A stretch of DNA of 64,000 nucleotides, taken from assembly GCA_017549765.1 (NCBI GenBank), contig JAFYNM010000008.1, forward strand, positions 74,733-138,732. The letters run 5' to 3'. The notes under the pieces were generated by a model, which had not been told where the DNA came from, did no database searches, and saw only the letters and a list, made by a program, of their open reading frames with translations. The position numbers were made by a program, and so were the translations under genes. This document shows, piece after piece, positions 26,669 to 35,311 of the stretch. Each line of letters begins with the position of its first letter. Positions within the stretch are counted from its first letter, which is position 1. Source of the DNA: Bacteroidales bacterium. Its GTDB lineage: Bacteria; Bacteroidota; Bacteroidia; Bacteroidales; WCHB1-69.

Positions 26669-29600
26669 TTATTGCCCATTGCGGTTTTCCTTTGTGTCCT
26701 TTGTGCCTTTGTGGTTCTTCTTCTTCACCCTCTTCTTAGGACTGTTGAAATCCTGCTTGAATGCCAAAGCAACCCCTGCGGTATAGTTGATCTGGTTGTC
26801 CACGAAATGGTACTCGTCGCGCTCCCCGATATAGGTGTAGGCTTTGAGCTTCCACGTCCCCTTGGGGTTGATGTTGTAGTTGACGATGAAGTCGCCATAC
26901 ATATTGTTCAGGGCGGAGGTGTTGCGGTCGTCGTAATAGCCGATGCTGGTCTCGAGGGATATCTTGTCCTTCAACAGGTTGGCACCCGCCGTGACTCCAT
27001 ATTCGGCGGAAGTCTTGTCGGTAGCCTGGTTGTAGGTGATGCCGAACGACCCCTTCTGGTTGGCCATCATATTGCCCAATATGTTGTTGATCATATTGCT
27101 GAACAGGTTGAGTCCGCTGGCCCCCAAGTCGGTCTCGCCAGAGAACATGTCGTTGGGCATGAAGTTGTTGGTCATCAAGAAATAGGCGAACTGCTTGGTG
27201 AGGTTCTCTTTGTTGGTGGTGTCGATGGCGTTGTAGAACATGGTGCGCACCTCGTTGCTGCTGTTGGGCAACTCAAAACTGAAGGTGGGCTCTATCTGCC
27301 GCATCAGCTGGCCGTTCAAATGGATGTACGAGTTGACGTTCACATTGCCGCTCAAAGATTCCTGGGTGAGGATGTTGTTGAGCGATGTCTTGGAGGTTTT
27401 GTAGGCACTCACCTTGACAAGCATGTTCTCCAAAGGACCGTCAAAATGGATGTTTCCTCCCGGGACTAGTACAAAACGTGAGTTCACAACATTGTAAAGG
27501 GCAATCTTGAAGTCTCCAGAGTTGAGTCCTAAATTGCCATATAGGTTAAGTTCGTCGTTGGCATCGTTGTAAAGCAATTGGAAACGCCCCTCTGCCTTGG
27601 CATTCATGGTTCCTCCGATCGATTCCAAGATAAGGGTGACATCCGCATCATTGGTGACGTTGAAGGTGAAGTTGAAATCCAAGGCAGCACCGGAATGGGG
27701 CTCCATCAGCTCGGCAATCTCGTCGCTGTCCGTTTTCTTGGGTTTGAAGTAGATGACACTTGACTGGGAGGCAGAGTTCACTGAACTGACCTGTAGGGTG
27801 ATGTGCGTTCCATCCAGTGTGGTCAGGTTGGGACCGAGGAATGAGAGTGTGTTCTCGTCGCCCTTGATGCTAATATCCCCAGCCGCGTATGCCTTGCCGT
27901 AGAAGACACTGTTCACACTTCTCGGGGTGTTGAGCGCCATAATCCGATTTGTGTGGATGTTTAAGTCTATCTTCATGTCTTTGAATAGATTATGGCGGAT
28001 GATGCCACTCATATAGGCCGTATTCTTGTCAGGATCATGAATCAGCATCTTGTCAAAGACAATTCCCTCCTCGTTGAAGAGGATGTCTTGGTTGCGCACA
28101 ATATAATTGGTGTTGAGTGCCGTGATGCCCATGTCGGCATCCAGGACATGCACCACCCCGTCGAAGTACGATTTCTTGGGGTTGATGTAGATGGAAAGAT
28201 CGCCGGACGCCTTGCCTCGGATGTGGTCGCTGAAACTGGACAGGAAAGGGGAGAGGAAACCGGCGTTCAGCGTGTCGAAATGAGTCTTGATGGTGAAGCT
28301 CTTTTGGTCGATCTTGTAGTCTCCGTTCAGCCGAGCCAGAAGATGCTTCTCCTGAAGGAACCCCCGGAAACTCTGATCCAACATTTTCTGGGAAGGAATG
28401 GTCAGGCTGTCACTGAAAATGCCTCCCGTAAATCCAATCTTGCCCATCGTGTCCAATAGAGCGGATATAAACACCTGCCCGATAGGCTCCTCGTTGAAGG
28501 TGAAGTCGCCGGCAAAAGCCTTGCCGAGGACGATGGTCTTTCCTTTCCGGTTGCCGATATTGATTTTGGCAGACACATCACCATCTATCGAGATGCTGGG
28601 CAACAACGGGTTGACGAGTTCCAGGTCAACTTCGGAGAGGGACACCGTCAGCAAGTCGTTGGAATTTTTGGCATAGCTGCCGTTGACCTCTATGCTACTG
28701 CCCCGGTTGGCAAATTGCAAGTCATGGACAACCAGCCTGTCTTTCTGGATGTGAATTTCATTCTCATTGTTGAAGTTCCAGTCCAGATTATTCAGGAACA
28801 CCTTGGAATTGCGGAGGCCAAGCACTATGTCGTCCGCGTTCTTCAGAGAAGCAATGCCAGAAAGGTTGCTGATATTAGTGGCAGAGTTGAAAGGATTGTG
28901 CCACTGGATGTCGTAGTTGATGGTGTCATGGACGGCATCGGCGGTGGCCGCCACATTGTCGAAGGTCAGTCGCGACTGGTTGACGAACACGATGGCGGAG
29001 TCGCTGGACAGGTTCAGCGCCAGCGTCTTTTCCGGACTGTCATAACCAGTGAGGGAGATGTTGTGGACCATGACCTTGTTGCGTAATGCGAAAAAGGGCG
29101 AACTGGCGGAGATGGCGGTTCTGGACTCTTTGGCGTTGATGTCGACATCAACCATCGAGTTGGGCGCAATGAACAGGTCGGGGAACAGAAACTTGGTGAC
29201 GGAGTAGGTGCGGTATGTGTTCAGGTGAAACTTTACATAGCCATCTTGGATGGACTCCTCGGTGCTGGCCATGTCGGATTGCGCTGTCTGCTTCACCAAG
29301 CCAGGCACGACATGCTGTAACATGCCGACGAGAGAATCCTTGAGCGTCTTCATCTCGTAGTTGGTCTCCAATGAGGCGTTGGCAATGCCAGAGGAGAGGA
29401 TGTATTTATGGATGTTATCCATGTTGATGGCCGTGAAACGGAGTCTCTCCCCTTGCACACTGTCGGTGGCGGTCTTGACACGGATGTTGTCGAAGGCTAT
29501 GAAGCCGTTGGCATCGTTGAGATTGGTTCCGCGCATCATAATGACGAAGTTGTCGAATCCCACCTCGAAGTTAGGGTTCTGTTGCAAGGTGAGGAGCGCC

Positions 29601-31279
29601 TTCTGAAATCCTTTGGCAGTGGCGGAGTCTATCGGTGGCATGGCGGAGGCAATGGCCCCGGCATTCAGTTGCGACAGCTTGATGTTGCCTTGCAGGGAGG
29701 GGCGCTCCTCTGTCATGTCCAGCTGGGCCACCACATCTCCCTTGATGTTGGGATCCCGGGTGGTGAGTTCCAAATTGTATAGGCGGTTTTGATAGTCCCC
29801 CTCCACCTTGCTGTGGCGGATGTTGTACCCCATGAGCCGTATGTCGGAGATGTCGCCGTCCAGATGGGCGCGCAAGGAGCTGAAGTCTGCAGTGGTCCAG
29901 GTGGTTCCATCCATGGAGCCGTCCACGGTGAGGTCGGCATGGGTGGTGCCAACGAGGTTCCCTTTGCCTGTGAGCTTGGCCAAGTTGAGGCCGTTGGCTT
30001 TGACATTGCCCTTCAACTGCATCTTGCCATTGTCGGGCAGGGTGCTCAGATGTGCTTGCAACATCCCCGCAGAGGAGCTGGTGTTGAGGTTGGTGGTGAA
30101 GGTGTTGGGTGTGCCTACGAAGGAACCGTTCAACTGCACCGTGCCCAACTTCTGGGCCACTTTTGGTAACGTGATACCCTTGCCACCCGGCAGCGTGAAG
30201 GCCACTAGCTCGGGCAGACTGCATGCTGCAGAGTCGATCTGCGCATTGATGCGCGCATTCCAGAAATTCGTGATATCTTTGAAGGAGAAATCACCCGCCA
30301 GCTTGGTGAACATGCCCCACCGCGCTTTCAGGTTGATGAGGCTGAAGTCGTTGACATAGCCCTGCACACGGTCCGACTGGATGGTGAAGACATCCTCCAT
30401 GCCCTTGATGGCCGGTGCCCAGCAGGCCACGTCACCCATCGCCAAGACGGTGGGACGGATGTTAGCCGTGATCAATACCGAGTCTAAAAACTCCCCGTAG
30501 GTCTTCCACTCAGGATAGGAGAATTTCAAGTCCAAGTCCAGATTGCTTCGGTCGGTGACGGCCTTGAAGTTCTTGAAGGTGAGCGAGGTGTCACAGATGT
30601 TGAACTGGCCGCTGCCGTTCTTCATCTTGAAGCCGCCATATTGCGTGAAGGCCATCTTCTGAAAGTCGGCGGAGACATTGGCGCCGACAAGCTTGAAGGG
30701 CTTCATGTCCCAGTTGATGTCCTTGAATTCCAGGTAGTAATAGTCGATGTCGGGATTGCCTTTGGTGTCATAGACGACCCGTTTGTTGTCGTTGATGAGC
30801 ACAAAACGGGAATCGGTGAGATAGACATGGGAACCCTCCAGTTCAAAAGGCGCTTTCTTTTTCTCCTTGTGAAACTTTTTGGCCCATTGGGCAATGTTGA
30901 TGGTCTCTTCGCCTTTGTAGGTGCGCAGCACGATGTTGGCCTTGGAGAGCTCCACGGTGCCGAACTTTAACTGGACGGGCTTGGTCTTGACCGAGAGAAG
31001 GCGACCCTTGACCTTGCCCACATAGATCATGTCGTTGTTGTGATGGTCGGCGATGCGCACCCCTTCGGCGGCAATCTTCAGCGATGGGGTGATGTGGATG
31101 CGGTCGATGGAGATCTCGGTGCCCCACTTTTCGCTGATTTTCTGCGTCACCTTGCTGACGGCGAAGGTCTGAACGGCAGGCACAAAGCAGAGGCCCACAA
31201 TGAGCAGGTCCAGGGCGATGAGCCCCAGAAATACCCAGAGGAGTATCTTCCAAATTTTTTTTCTACTTTTGCCGCTCAC
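26669..31279 (-). CDS. tamB: TamB/DUF490-family translocation and assembly module protein
   Basis: N-terminal anchor, long beta-rich body, DUF490-like C-terminus. Divergent from tsaD. GTG start. Confidence 0.8.
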   Translation of the reverse strand: MSGKSRKKIWKILLWVFLGLIALDLLIVGLCFVPAVQTFAVSKVTQKISEKWGTEISIDRIHITPSLKIAAEGVRIADHHNNDMIYVGKVKGRLLSVKTKPVQLKFGTVELSKANIVLRTYKGEETINIAQWAKKFHKEKKKAPFELEGSHVYLTDSRFVLINDNKRVVYDTKGNPDIDYYYLEFKDINWDMKPFKLVGANVSADFQKMAFTQYGGFKMKNGSGQFNICDTSLTFKNFKAVTDRSNLDLDLKFSYPEWKTYGEFLDSVLITANIRPTVLAMGDVACWAPAIKGMEDVFTIQSDRVQGYVNDFSLINLKARWGMFTKLAGDFSFKDITNFWNARINAQIDSAACSLPELVAFTLPGGKGITLPKVAQKLGTVQLNGSFVGTPNTFTTNLNTSSSAGMLQAHLSTLPDNGKMQLKGNVKANGLNLAKLTGKGNLVGTTHADLTVDGSMDGTTWTTADFSSLRAHLDGDISDIRLMGYNIRHSKVEGDYQNRLYNLELTTRDPNIKGDVVAQLDMTEERPSLQGNIKLSQLNAGAIASAMPPIDSATAKGFQKALLTLQQNPNFEVGFDNFVIMMRGTNLNDANGFIAFDNIRVKTATDSVQGERLRFTAINMDNIHKYILSSGIANASLETNYEMKTLKDSLVGMLQHVVPGLVKQTAQSDMASTEESIQDGYVKFHLNTYRTYSVTKFLFPDLFIAPNSMVDVDINAKESRTAISASSPFFALRNKVMVHNISLTGYDSPEKTLALNLSSDSAIVFVNQSRLTFDNVAATADAVHDTINYDIQWHNPFNSATNISNLSGIASLKNADDIVLGLRNSKVFLNNLDWNFNNENEIHIQKDRLVVHDLQFANRGSSIEVNGSYAKNSNDLLTVSLSEVDLELVNPLLPSISIDGDVSAKINIGNRKGKTIVLGKAFAGDFTFNEEPIGQVFISALLDTMGKIGFTGGIFSDSLTIPSQKMLDQSFRGFLQEKHLLARLNGDYKIDQKSFTIKTHFDTLNAGFLSPFLSSFSDHIRGKASGDLSIYINPKKSYFDGVVHVLDADMGITALNTNYIVRNQDILFNEEGIVFDKMLIHDPDKNTAYMSGIIRHNLFKDMKIDLNIHTNRIMALNTPRSVNSVFYGKAYAAGDISIKGDENTLSFLGPNLTTLDGTHITLQVSSVNSASQSSVIYFKPKKTDSDEIAELMEPHSGAALDFNFTFNVTNDADVTLILESIGGTMNAKAEGRFQLLYNDANDELNLYGNLGLNSGDFKIALYNVVNSRFVLVPGGNIHFDGPLENMLVKVSAYKTSKTSLNNILTQESLSGNVNVNSYIHLNGQLMRQIEPTFSFELPNSSNEVRTMFYNAIDTTNKENLTKQFAYFLMTNNFMPNDMFSGETDLGASGLNLFSNMINNILGNMMANQKGSFGITYNQATDKTSAEYGVTAGANLLKDKISLETSIGYYDDRNTSALNNMYGDFIVNYNINPKGTWKLKAYTYIGERDEYHFVDNQINYTAGVALAFKQDFNSPKKRVKKKNHKGTKDTKENRNGQ

Positions 31280-31291
31280 AATATTAGGTCT

Positions 31292-32308
31292 ATGTCAGTA
31301 TATATTTTGGGTATCGAATCCTCGTGCGATGACACTTCTGCAGCGGTCATCCAAGACACTACGATTCTTTCTAATGTCATTGCCAGCCAGAAGGTTCATG
31401 CAGAATATGGCGGGGTGGTGCCGGAGTTGGCGTCCCGTGCGCATCAGCAGAATATCATCCCCGTGATTGACACGGCATTAAAGCGTGCAAAAATACATAA
31501 AAATCAATTATCCGCCATCGCTTTCACAAATGGTCCCGGATTGCTCGGATCCCTGCTCGTAGGTAGCTCTTTCGCCAAGTCCATGGCCTATAGCCTGAAC
31601 ATCCCTTTGGTGGAGGTGGACCATCTGCAAGCCCATGTATTGGCCAATTTCCTGCAAAAACCTGAGGCACAGAAACCTGTGCCCTCGTTCCCGTTCCTCT
31701 GCCTGACAGTCTCTGGCGGCCATACTCTGTTGCTGCAGGTCAACGACTATTTCGACATGCAGCGCCTCGGCGGCACCATCGACGACGCCGCGGGCGAGGC
31801 TTTCGACAAGGCGGCCAAGATCCTCGGATTACCCTATCCCGGCGGTCCCGTCATCGACAGATATGCCCAAGAGGGCGATCCCGACCGCTTTCAGTTCTCC
31901 ATCTCCCATCTGCCCGGCCTCGACTACAGCTTCAGCGGCCTCAAGACCTCCTTCCTCTATTTCGTTCGGGATAACCTGCAGGAGAATCCGCACTTCATCG
32001 AGGAGAACATCCACGACCTGGCCGCTTCTATCCAGAAGGCCATTATCCAGTCGCTGATGAATAAGATGGAGAAGGCGGTGAAGCAGACCCGCTGCAAGGA
32101 GCTGGTCTTCGCGGGTGGTGTCTCCGCCAACTCGGCCCTGCGCGCCGCCGCCCAGAAGCTGGCCGACAAGTACCACTGCCACCTCTACCTGCCCTCGTTG
32201 GACCTTACCACCGACAACGCCGCCATGATCGCCGTGTGCGGGTATTTCAAATTCTTGAAAAAGGAGTTCGTCAATGTCGATGTGGTGCCGTATAGCAGCA
32301 GCCGGTAG
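31292..32308 (+). CDS. tsaD: tRNA threonylcarbamoyladenosine (t6A) transferase
   Basis: ILGIESSCDDT, GGVVPELASRAH, HLQAH, DDAAGEAFDK, TDNAAMI. Start corrected to the ATG at 31292. Confidence 0.97.
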   Translation: MSVYILGIESSCDDTSAAVIQDTTILSNVIASQKVHAEYGGVVPELASRAHQQNIIPVIDTALKRAKIHKNQLSAIAFTNGPGLLGSLLVGSSFAKSMAYSLNIPLVEVDHLQAHVLANFLQKPEAQKPVPSFPFLCLTVSGGHTLLLQVNDYFDMQRLGGTIDDAAGEAFDKAAKILGLPYPGGPVIDRYAQEGDPDRFQFSISHLPGLDYSFSGLKTSFLYFVRDNLQENPHFIEENIHDLAASIQKAIIQSLMNKMEKAVKQTRCKELVFAGGVSANSALRAAAQKLADKYHCHLYLPSLDLTTDNAAMIAVCGYFKFLKKEFVNVDVVPYSSSR

Positions 32309-32322
32309 TCACCTTTCAAGTC

Positions 32323-33423
32323 CTAATAATAGGTGATTACCCTCTCGTAGATGTTGTGTTGCACTCTTTTGTGCTTCAGATCTTCTGCATTTTCGATGGT
32401 CTCCACGGCGCGGATCCAGTTGCCGTACTCGTCGTATTCGTAGCTGCGTGTCCGCCGCGATTCGAGCATTAACCCGAGATAACGGTCCGATTCGCCTTTC
32501 TTCTTGTGCTTGTAATAAAGACTTTCTACCACATTTCCGTGCTTGTCGTATCTTGTGACTTCCTTGCCATATGAATCTTCTCTGGTTTCGTCTGTCAGCC
32601 TGCCGTCCGCATCATAGCGGTAGGTCATGATGCCTGCTGTCAGTTTCTCCAAAAAATCTGTCCCGCTCAGATGAAAGTAGATGGTCGTGTGGCGCATGTT
32701 GCTGTCCAACACAGTTCTTCCTGTCAAGATGCCGTCCCTGTAATCGCGTATCACGATGCTGTCACCCATGAAAAAGTATTCGTGAGAGGTCACGACGGTG
32801 TCTTCGGCATCGTAAACCGTCGCGCTGATGAGATTTCCCACCTCATCATACTGATAGGTTCTGTGAAAGGCACACAAGGTGTCCCCATGCTCGTCCAATA
32901 TCACGTTGTAAATCAGGTCGTTGTTTTGGTCAAACACCTGAATGTAGCGCCGCAGGTAGGGGAGGTAATCCTTACACCAACTGCGTTGATCCTCCACGCG
33001 ATTTCCTTGCTCATCGTAATATTCCGTAAAACTTTCGCCGTGGAAACGGGTGGTGTCGCGGGTGCACTTCTCCAAAAGATTCCCCTGCTTATTGTATTGT
33101 TCCGTGACGGTTTCCAATAGTTTTCCTTTGGTGATCTGCTTGGACCGCTTCTTCATCTTCGCTGCATAGCGGAACTGCTGGACCTTCTGCACCGGACCGT
33201 TGAGGGTGGCTCGGGACCAGTCCATTTCCGGCACTTTCACGGGAGCGGCCGTGGTGGTGTCGTGCGGCAAGGTGATCGGTTTGTAATAGCTGGTGTCGCA
33301 CTCGGCGTTGAATATACAGGCCAGGAAGATTGTGAAGGCGAGCAGAAGCAATAGGAGCGTGAATCCGATGATGAGCAACAGGCGCGTTGCTTTTATTTTT
33401 CTTTTGAAAATCCGGGGCGACAT
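32323..33423 (-). CDS. Membrane-anchored hypothetical protein with YD-like repeats
   Basis: N-terminal hydrophobic segment, LNGPVQKV, repeated YDxxGN, C-terminal YDEYGNW...ERVITYY. Confidence 0.7.
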   Translation of the reverse strand: MSPRIFKRKIKATRLLLIIGFTLLLLLLAFTIFLACIFNAECDTSYYKPITLPHDTTTAAPVKVPEMDWSRATLNGPVQKVQQFRYAAKMKKRSKQITKGKLLETVTEQYNKQGNLLEKCTRDTTRFHGESFTEYYDEQGNRVEDQRSWCKDYLPYLRRYIQVFDQNNDLIYNVILDEHGDTLCAFHRTYQYDEVGNLISATVYDAEDTVVTSHEYFFMGDSIVIRDYRDGILTGRTVLDSNMRHTTIYFHLSGTDFLEKLTAGIMTYRYDADGRLTDETREDSYGKEVTRYDKHGNVVESLYYKHKKKGESDRYLGLMLESRRTRSYEYDEYGNWIRAVETIENAEDLKHKRVQHNIYERVITYY

Positions 33424-33533
33424 ATTTTAGGCTGAGGCTATAATGATAATGTGAGAGTAACGTAGGCCGGTTTGTGTTTATTGTTCAAATATTGTGTACA
33501 TTTGCCCCCTCATTTTTTAAATCCAAAGTCCCT

Positions 33534-34532
33534 ATGCGTTCCCCTCTCATTTTCCTCCTGTCCCTCACCTTTTTGCTGATCAGCTGCCATCAAGACAAAC
33601 GGCAACAGATTGCCGGCACCTGCTTCGGCACGATGTACCATATCACCTATCTGGGCGATGAGGACAAGAACCTGCCCGCCCGCGTGGACTCCCTCCTCGC
33701 AGAACTCAATAGTACTTTCTCTATCTTCGACACCGCCTCGCTGATCTCCCATGTCAATGCAGGCAAATCCAGTATTGTTAATGCGGACTTTGAGCATGTC
33801 CTGCGCTGCGCCACCGAGGTGGCTCGTCACACCGGCGGGGCCTTCGACTTCACCGTGCAACCGCTGGTGGAGCTCTGGGGCTTCGGGCGCAACAAGGAAC
33901 CTCGACAGGTCGCCCTGGAACAGCTCGACTCGGTGCGACAGTTCGTCAACTATAAGCTGGTGGCGCTACACGACAGTGTGCTCGTCCGGGTGGATCCCCG
34001 CACCCAGCTCAACTTCAACGCCATCGCCAAAGGATATGCCGTGGATAAGATGGCGCAATTCCTGCTCCAGCAAGGCTATGATAACTTTATCGTGGAGATT
34101 GGCGGTGAGGTGGTATGCCATGGCACCAAAGATGGCAAGCCGGGCGGCAAATCATGGGTGGTCGGCATCCAGGTGCCCACCGCGACCAAGGATGGCGCCG
34201 TGGAGAGCAGCGTCCGCTTAGAGCCCGGGAAACGCGCCGTGGCCACCTCCGGCAACTACCGCAACTACTTCGAGAAGGAGGGCAAACGCTATACCCATAT
34301 TCTGGATCCCCGCACAGGCACACCTGAGGAGACCAACCTGCTCAGCGTCACCGTGCTGGCCCCCGACTGCATGACGGCCGATGCCTATGCCACCGCCTTC
34401 ATGGTGCTGGGCGTGGAGCGCTCCATGGAGCTGCTGTCCCAACACCCTGAACTGGATGCCTACTTTATCTACGATGAAAAAGGGGAGTATCAAACCATGT
34501 TCACTGATTTCTTTGCTTCAGAGCAGAATTAG
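33534..34532 (+). CDS. apbE: FAD:protein FMN transferase (lipoprotein)
   Basis: LISC lipobox, GAFDFTV, AIAKGYAVD, ATSGNY, HILDP, ADAYATA. Confidence 0.94.
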   Translation: MRSPLIFLLSLTFLLISCHQDKRQQIAGTCFGTMYHITYLGDEDKNLPARVDSLLAELNSTFSIFDTASLISHVNAGKSSIVNADFEHVLRCATEVARHTGGAFDFTVQPLVELWGFGRNKEPRQVALEQLDSVRQFVNYKLVALHDSVLVRVDPRTQLNFNAIAKGYAVDKMAQFLLQQGYDNFIVEIGGEVVCHGTKDGKPGGKSWVVGIQVPTATKDGAVESSVRLEPGKRAVATSGNYRNYFEKEGKRYTHILDPRTGTPEETNLLSVTVLAPDCMTADAYATAFMVLGVERSMELLSQHPELDAYFIYDEKGEYQTMFTDFFASEQN

Positions 34533-34603
34533 TATGCATTTTATTTTGCATGGTCTCAATGTGATTTCTAGTTTTTTTATACTTTTGCAAAAATCTTAAA
34601 CAT

Positions 34604-34942
34604 ATGCAGATTCTTCAGGAGAAAATCTCAAGAGATAAACTTAAGGTGTTGGCAGCTAATATTTTTGTTGACATGATTAAAGGTGTTGCCGATGTGAAGC
34701 TTGGCCTATTGGCGGTCGATGCTGAATTGCATGCCGACTTGGAATCCATGCTGCTTGACAATGGTTCTGAACAGGAAAATCTTTGGGGATTCAACCTGTA
34801 TCCAGATGAGACAGGTGATGACTTTATTGAATTTGATTCTTTGATCAATATTAGGGCTTGGCAAGGAAATCGTAGCCGAGATGTAGAAGATGAAAATGTG
34901 CGCAAACAAATTAAAGACTTGATTTCCAAATATATTGAATAA
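34604..34942 (+). CDS. DUF5674-family protein
   Basis: ELHADLE..LLDNGSEQENLWGFNLYP, IEFDSLINIR. Own promoter element TACTTTTG at 34580-34587. Confidence 0.8.
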   Translation: MQILQEKISRDKLKVLAANIFVDMIKGVADVKLGLLAVDAELHADLESMLLDNGSEQENLWGFNLYPDETGDDFIEFDSLINIRAWQGNRSRDVEDENVRKQIKDLISKYIE

Positions 34943-35271
34943 TGATGCAGCATGAGAACCTAGGAAAAGGCGCTTGGGCTGAAATGCCCTTGGCCCAGCA
35001 AATGGCGAATATTGGAAGTGAAAGTTTTCGCGCCACCAAATGGCTTATGAAAGGTCGTGCTGACAATGCCGATCGAGCCTTTGAGAGAATGCAGGAACTT
35101 GTTGATCTCAGCATCGCTTTCTGCCGCCGAAATACTCCAAATCGAATGGCATTTCTTAAAGAAATTTGCCGTTTTAGAGAATTGTTCTGTGAAGCATACC
35201 TTTCAGCTGATCTGGATGAGCTAAATGCTCTCAATAGTTATCTTGATCAGTTTGCTAAAGTTAAAAAATAG
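34942..35271 (+). CDS. Conserved helical hypothetical protein, partner of DUF5674
   Basis: W..MPLAQQMANIGSE, KEICRFRE. TAATG overlap with the upstream gene. Confidence 0.75.
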   Translation: MMQHENLGKGAWAEMPLAQQMANIGSESFRATKWLMKGRADNADRAFERMQELVDLSIAFCRRNTPNRMAFLKEICRFRELFCEAYLSADLDELNALNSYLDQFAKVKK

Positions 35272-35311
35272 GCATTTATGTAGTTTTGCAGCCTGAATTA
35301 TCATCAATACT

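Noticed and set aside
31040-31291. N-terminal extension of the tsaD ORF
   Set aside because: It is antisense to tamB. TsaD homology starts at MSVYILGIESS (31292).
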